NCBI GenBank assembly: GCA_020854835.1
Contig: JAHKLX010000007.1
Span: forward strand, 36,044-100,043
Reading direction: 5' to 3'
Source: Candidatus Micrarchaeota archaeon
GTDB lineage: Archaea; Micrarchaeota; Micrarchaeia; Anstonellales; JAGGVH01
DNA: 64,000 nucleotides
This document shows, piece by piece, positions 59,537-64,000 of the stretch (positions within the stretch are counted from its first letter, which is position 1; every line of letters begins with the position of its first letter). The position numbers and the translations under genes are program-made. The notes under the pieces were generated by a model that was given only the letters and a program-made list of their open reading frames with translations, searched no databases and had not been told where the DNA came from.

Positions 59537-60538
59537 TTATTCAAAAAATGAATAACACGATCTTTTCGAACTGTCAGAGCTTATTTTCGCGCAGTAGGTA
59601 TTATCGTTTTCCTGTTGAGATGCTTTTATATAACACTGGTCCCTCCAAGAATAATCTAGAATATTGTCACAATCTTCTACATCAATTTTTTCAGAAGTGT
59701 GAAGAACATAATTATAACAATTTAGTCTTTTTGAGGTAATTACATTATCACAGTATGACATTCTTCCAAATTTTACTGCAGGATTATAGTAACATGTAAA
59801 AGAATTTATATCTTTTATAAATAATTTATCGCATATGGATATATCTCCTGTTGCATCAACAAAACTTAGATAACATTCATCTTTATCTCCTGATTTAAGT
59901 GTTCTTTCACAATATTTAACATCCTTGGCGTTGATTGCCGAATAGGAATAACAATCAATTCTTAAACTTTTAATTTCTTTTATCATGTCACAGTATGCGT
60001 AATTGTTTGTGTAAAGCACAAAATGGTAGTAACACCTATCAGATACTCTATCAAAATTCGTATCCTCGCACACTAAACCATTATTATTTGCAATTGCTTT
60101 ACAGGATAAGCTTTGATATTCTAATGAAAACATATCACAAACGGTGTTGTCTCTAAAAGTTTTTGCATATTCTAAAACACATTCAAAATCATCTTTGCAA
60201 TAGGATACATCCTTTGTTTCTTTCATCATACAAATATCATATTCCGAATCTGTATATATATCACAAACATGAATATCAATAGGTTCTTCTTCATCTATTG
60301 TTTCGTTTACAAAATCGTCAACTTCAATATCATCATCTGCTATATCCTCATCAACTGTATTGTTGATAAGGGGATTTGTGGTGCCAAATCTAATATCCAT
60401 TTCTTCAGAGAATAATACTCCGACAATTAATAAAACTGCTAAAAATGCGACGGCAAGAACTACAAACGCACCTATGAAAAGTGGCCCTTTACCCAGGTTA
60501 TATTTGGCTCTTTGAACAGATTTTTTAACTTGCTTCAT
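59537..60538 (-). CDS. Membrane-anchored cysteine-rich repeat surface protein
   Basis: One TM, acidic linker, then ~26-aa repeats D.CY...A....D...C; start moved to MKQV to avoid overlap with the next gene. Confidence 0.75.
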   Translation of the reverse strand: MKQVKKSVQRAKYNLGKGPLFIGAFVVLAVAFLAVLLIVGVLFSEEMDIRFGTTNPLINNTVDEDIADDDIEVDDFVNETIDEEEPIDIHVCDIYTDSEYDICMMKETKDVSYCKDDFECVLEYAKTFRDNTVCDMFSLEYQSLSCKAIANNNGLVCEDTNFDRVSDRCYYHFVLYTNNYAYCDMIKEIKSLRIDCYSYSAINAKDVKYCERTLKSGDKDECYLSFVDATGDISICDKLFIKDINSFTCYYNPAVKFGRMSYCDNVITSKRLNCYNYVLHTSEKIDVEDCDNILDYSWRDQCYIKASQQENDNTYCAKISSDSSKRSCYSFFE

Positions 60539-60617
60539 GTTTCTAATCTCATAAGTAAAATTTAAAAATCTATCCTGTGTTAGAACAAATACATAAATAC
60601 TCATATGAGGTGGTAAA

Positions 60618-61148
60618 ATGGATATAGTCGGAACAATAAAAGAGGGTTTTGACAGATCTATCAAAGATATTGTAAAAACAATAGTAATGTTTGTAGGAAT
60701 GTATATCCCTTTGGTTAATTTTTGGGCAATGGGGTATATGTTAGATGTTGTTCAAACAACCAAGAAAAAGACAATGCCAGATTTTAACTGGGTCCATCAA
60801 TTCATTGAAGGAATAAAAACCACAGTGATATTGTTGATCTATATAGTCATTGGTGTTGTTTTAACTATGGTTCTCGGTATTGTGGGAGCAATGTTAGATC
60901 CTATGATTGGAATGGTTTTAGGTTTAATTGGTATGGTTTTATCAATCCTCCTGACATTAATGGGTTTTGTAGGAGTTATGAAATATGCTATGTCAAGAAA
61001 ATTCGGGGATGGATTTGCTATCATGGCAATCATAAAAAGAATCATAAGTGTTGATTTCATTGTTACATTAATAATCAGCATTTTAGGAATGATTCCAATA
61101 ATCGGTCCTGTTATGACAGCAACATTCTGGGGCAAATTAGATTATTAA
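60618..61148 (+). CDS. DUF4013-like membrane protein
   Basis: IPLVNFWAMGY...MPDF.W...FIEG pattern, several TM helices. Confidence 0.75.
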   Translation: MDIVGTIKEGFDRSIKDIVKTIVMFVGMYIPLVNFWAMGYMLDVVQTTKKKTMPDFNWVHQFIEGIKTTVILLIYIVIGVVLTMVLGIVGAMLDPMIGMVLGLIGMVLSILLTLMGFVGVMKYAMSRKFGDGFAIMAIIKRIISVDFIVTLIISILGMIPIIGPVMTATFWGKLDY

Positions 61149-61230
61149 TTTCCCTTTTTTATTTTTTTATTTTTTAATTGGAAAACTACTCTTGTTAGTT
61201 ATTTAAATTAAACTATTTTTTAATTTTTTT

Positions 61231-62235
61231 ATGCATAAAGCTGTAAATTTGCCCTTACATCCTGGAAAAGCACCAAGATGGTTGTTAACACGAATGGTTG
61301 AATTGTCAACTGTAATAACCAAATATATTGTTGATGAAAAAGGAACAGAAGAGTTTTTGAAAAGACTATCTGATCCAAACTGGTTTCAAGCCTTGGGGTG
61401 TGTTTTGGGATTTGATTGGCATTCTTCTGGATTAACGACTACAACAACTGGAGCTTTGAAAGAAGCTTTAAAAAAAATAAATCAAAAAGGAAATATTGGT
61501 TTGTGGTGCGCAGGAGGAAAAGGAAGAAATTCTATAAAAACCCCTGAGGATATAGCAAGTTTTTGTAAAAACACAAATTTGGATACGGAACAATTGATAG
61601 GTGCAAGCAAATTGATAGCAAAAATAGATAATTCTTGTATTCAAGACGGTTTTTCCTTATATCATCACTGCTTTTTCTTCAATGAGCAGGGTAAATACTC
61701 TATTGTCCAACAGGGAATGGGTGGCAAATGGGCACGAAGATACCATTGGTTTTGTCCCCCAGAGTGGTTCAACGAACAAGAAAAAGTTTCATGCGATAAA
61801 AAAATAGAAAATGTGTTGAATCTTGTTTCAACAAAGAGCAAAATAAATAGGGAAAATGGATTGATTATCGTTAGGGAATTACCCGAACACCATATGATTT
61901 TAAAAAAGTTTCTCAAAGATAAAGAAATTAATTTATTGAAGAGCCTGTATGAAATACAACCTGAGAAATATGAGGAATTGCTCATGTTTAGGGGTTTTGG
62001 ACCAAAAAAAATCAGAGCTTTGGCTTTGACATCAAAAATAATCTTTGGGGCTGAAGCAGACTGGCAAGACCCTGTGAAATATGCGTTCGCCCATGGTGGA
62101 AAAGACGGAATACCTTTTCCAGTTGAAAGAGGCATATACGATGACAATATATCCCTAATAAAAGAAGCTCTTGAAAAAAAGAATAGGGGAAATGAAACTA
62201 TACACCGAGCTTTGATAAAGTTGGGAAAGTTGTAA
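61231..62235 (+). CDS. DUF763 family protein
   Basis: LPLH.GKAPRWL, GFDWHSSG.TT, QDGF.LYHH, FAHGGKDG.PFPV. Confidence 0.9.
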   Translation: MHKAVNLPLHPGKAPRWLLTRMVELSTVITKYIVDEKGTEEFLKRLSDPNWFQALGCVLGFDWHSSGLTTTTTGALKEALKKINQKGNIGLWCAGGKGRNSIKTPEDIASFCKNTNLDTEQLIGASKLIAKIDNSCIQDGFSLYHHCFFFNEQGKYSIVQQGMGGKWARRYHWFCPPEWFNEQEKVSCDKKIENVLNLVSTKSKINRENGLIIVRELPEHHMILKKFLKDKEINLLKSLYEIQPEKYEELLMFRGFGPKKIRALALTSKIIFGAEADWQDPVKYAFAHGGKDGIPFPVERGIYDDNISLIKEALEKKNRGNETIHRALIKLGKL

Positions 62236-62304
62236 TAATGTGTACAAAGGTTTATAAACATAAATACACATTAATTAACATAGTATAACATAAAGGTGAC
62301 ACCC

Positions 62305-63357
62305 ATGAAAATGCAAAGATTAATAAAATATCCATTCGGCGAAAAGCCAAATTCAAAAAGCATTAGGTGCAGCCCTCCCGATGATATCTCTGTTAAACCT
62401 GGCAGTATTGTAAAAAATTATGTCGATAATGAAAAAAGCATTGCTGGAGAAATTAGAAATTTAAAAGAAAATGAGAGAAAGTTTAGTAAAGACCATACTG
62501 TGCTTGCCAATTTAGAAATTGATTCACCAGAAATTCAAAGAATAATGGGCGAATTTAAAGAAGGTATTGAAAATAATGAAAATAGGGTCGAAAGATTAAG
62601 AGAGATTATTGGTTCAAATATTGAAATAGCGATGAATGCACTTTATGATAAGAGGATGGAATTGTGGAAAAAAGAAGCACAAAGGGAATTTATTGTTCCG
62701 TTTTTTGGAAAAGAAGGCAGAGTCCCATATCCTTTCAACACTATATTTCCAACAAGTTGCATTAGTGAACATACAATCGCTTTCTTAGATGTTGATTACT
62801 TGAAAAAAATTAATGATCAGAAAGGTCACATATATGCAGATATGGTTTTAAGACAAATATATAAAACAATTAATTTAGTTGCCAAAGAATATGATGGAAT
62901 GGCATTTAGATATGGTGGTGACGAAGTTATTGTTTGGTTTATGTGTGACGTAGAAAAAGCTGAAAAAGCAATTGTTGAAATGAGGAGAAGAATAGCAGAA
63001 ATTGAGGTAGATAAATACTTTTTAGATTGTGGCACAAATAGAACATATATCACCTTATCTGCAGGATTAACAAAAATTAATGGAACTTTTGAAAGAACTT
63101 TGGATATTGCCGATAAATTATTATACAGATCAAAAGACGGCAATGAAGATGTCGCAGGCAGAGATTGTATAACCATAAACAATATAAAAATTGATAATCT
63201 AACTGAAGAAGATATGGAAAGATGGACACCTGTGAAATTTAAGGAATATATTGATTACCAAAACCTGGAAAGAAAATATGCGGTTGTAATGAAAGATGAA
63301 AAACCTGTTTTAATAGATAAAGAAACAAATGAGGTTTTGGATATTTTAGAAGATTAA
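62305..63357 (+). CDS. GGDEF-domain (diguanylate cyclase-like) protein
   Basis: FLDVDYLKKINDQKGHIYAD, FRYGGDEV, TLSAG, ADKLLY.SK...GRD; TTTATAAA at 62251 and AGGTGA SD. Confidence 0.88.
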   Translation: MKMQRLIKYPFGEKPNSKSIRCSPPDDISVKPGSIVKNYVDNEKSIAGEIRNLKENERKFSKDHTVLANLEIDSPEIQRIMGEFKEGIENNENRVERLREIIGSNIEIAMNALYDKRMELWKKEAQREFIVPFFGKEGRVPYPFNTIFPTSCISEHTIAFLDVDYLKKINDQKGHIYADMVLRQIYKTINLVAKEYDGMAFRYGGDEVIVWFMCDVEKAEKAIVEMRRRIAEIEVDKYFLDCGTNRTYITLSAGLTKINGTFERTLDIADKLLYRSKDGNEDVAGRDCITINNIKIDNLTEEDMERWTPVKFKEYIDYQNLERKYAVVMKDEKPVLIDKETNEVLDILED

Positions 63358-63825
63358 TCATTTTTTGCTTGCAGAATATGAAGCATAAACTTCTTTCATA
63401 TTGTCAAAAATACTGTCCAAATTTGAATCTATCTTTTTTCTTAAAGATTGAATAGGATCATTGGTCAAATTTCCTTTTATCCAGGTATATTGTCTTTTTT
63501 TACGTTCAATTAAACCTATTTTTAAAAGACGAGTGAGATGATACCTGGTTGCTTTATCAATTTTTTTTATTTCGTCTTTGGCTTTTGCTTTTTGAATTTT
63601 ACAAACATCTTCAACAATCTGCTCAGATGTAAATGGGAAATCCATATTTTTTAAAATTGATTCCAGAACATCTAAAACTAATGTCCTTGACTCGCCTGGA
63701 GAAATCAAACCCAAACTTAAAGCCAACCAACGAATTTGTTTTTGTTTTGAAAGCTTGACATCAGGAGGTAGAACTAAATCCCGTATTAAAATTTCGCTTT
63801 TAACTAGTTCAGATTCAGGAATCAT
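63358..63825 (-). CDS. Winged-helix domain protein
   Basis: WLALSLGL..., TSEQI..., TRYHLTRLLKIGLIER. Confidence 0.7.
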   Translation of the reverse strand: MIPESELVKSEILIRDLVLPPDVKLSKQKQIRWLALSLGLISPGESRTLVLDVLESILKNMDFPFTSEQIVEDVCKIQKAKAKDEIKKIDKATRYHLTRLLKIGLIERKKRQYTWIKGNLTNDPIQSLRKKIDSNLDSIFDNMKEVYASYSASKK

Positions 63826-63865
63826 AAGCTTATTTTAAAAATAATGTTTAAAAACATATCTAAAA

Positions 63866-64000
63866 CTATTTTAGAATTTTACCGGTTTCCATATACCACA
63901 AATACAAATCTAATTCTGCTAAATTCAAACCTGTTGCTTTCGCAAGTTTCCTTAAAACATCTTCAATTTCTAAATATTTTTTCTTGTTTAGATTTTTTGG
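63866..64000 (-). CDS. ogg: 8-oxoguanine DNA glycosylase/AP lyase (Ogg2 type), C-terminal end
   Basis: Manual translation ...KKYLEIE...LAELDLYLWYMETGKILK-stop, the characteristic Ogg2 C-terminus. Confidence 0.85.
   Translation of the reverse strand, partial: PKNLNKKKYLEIEDVLRKLAKATGLNLAELDLYLWYMETGKILK

Noticed and set aside
61665-62261. 198-aa antisense ORF
   Set aside because: Almost wholly overlaps the well-conserved DUF763 gene on the opposite strand; no motifs
1-64000. CRISPR array, integrase, transposase or provirus
   Set aside because: No regularly spaced repeats, recombinase/transposase motifs or viral hallmark genes seen; no duplicated tRNA 3' ends found by eye

Overview
AT-rich, very compact chromosomal segment of an archaeon, most likely a DPANN lineage such as Micrarchaeota. 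The taxonomy is inferred from the archaeal informational genes, the separate priS/priL, AGGTGA Shine-Dalgarno sites, TTTA(T/A)AA TATA boxes, an unlinked 5S rRNA and intron-containing tRNAs. Housekeeping content includes pyrG, trmI, taw3, elp3, glyS, tyrS, scpA/scpB, an S-layer gene, priS/priL, the rps13-rps4-rps11-rpoD-rpl18e-rpl13-rps9-rpoN-tRNA-Pro-rps2 cluster, 5S rRNA and four tRNAs with four introns in total. The best candidate for an undescribed system is a dispersed secretion/contact machine. It comprises a five-gene membrane operon around a VirB4/HerA-type ATPase (9196-15321) and a VirB2-like pilin in front of a TadA/TadBC-type assembly module (20311-23855). A large orphan with lytic-transglycosylase and LysM-like motifs (43988-46120) may belong with it. 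Other oddities: a plant-type Whirly ssDNA-binding homolog, a GGDEF protein under archaeal expression signals, an unidentified ~105-nt structured RNA between 5S rRNA and tRNA-Ser, a shared purine-purine mismatch in all four tRNA splice motifs, a bacterial-type MetK and a glycosyltransferase remnant. No CRISPR array, integrase or transposase was seen. All family calls come from motif recognition by eye, without database searches.
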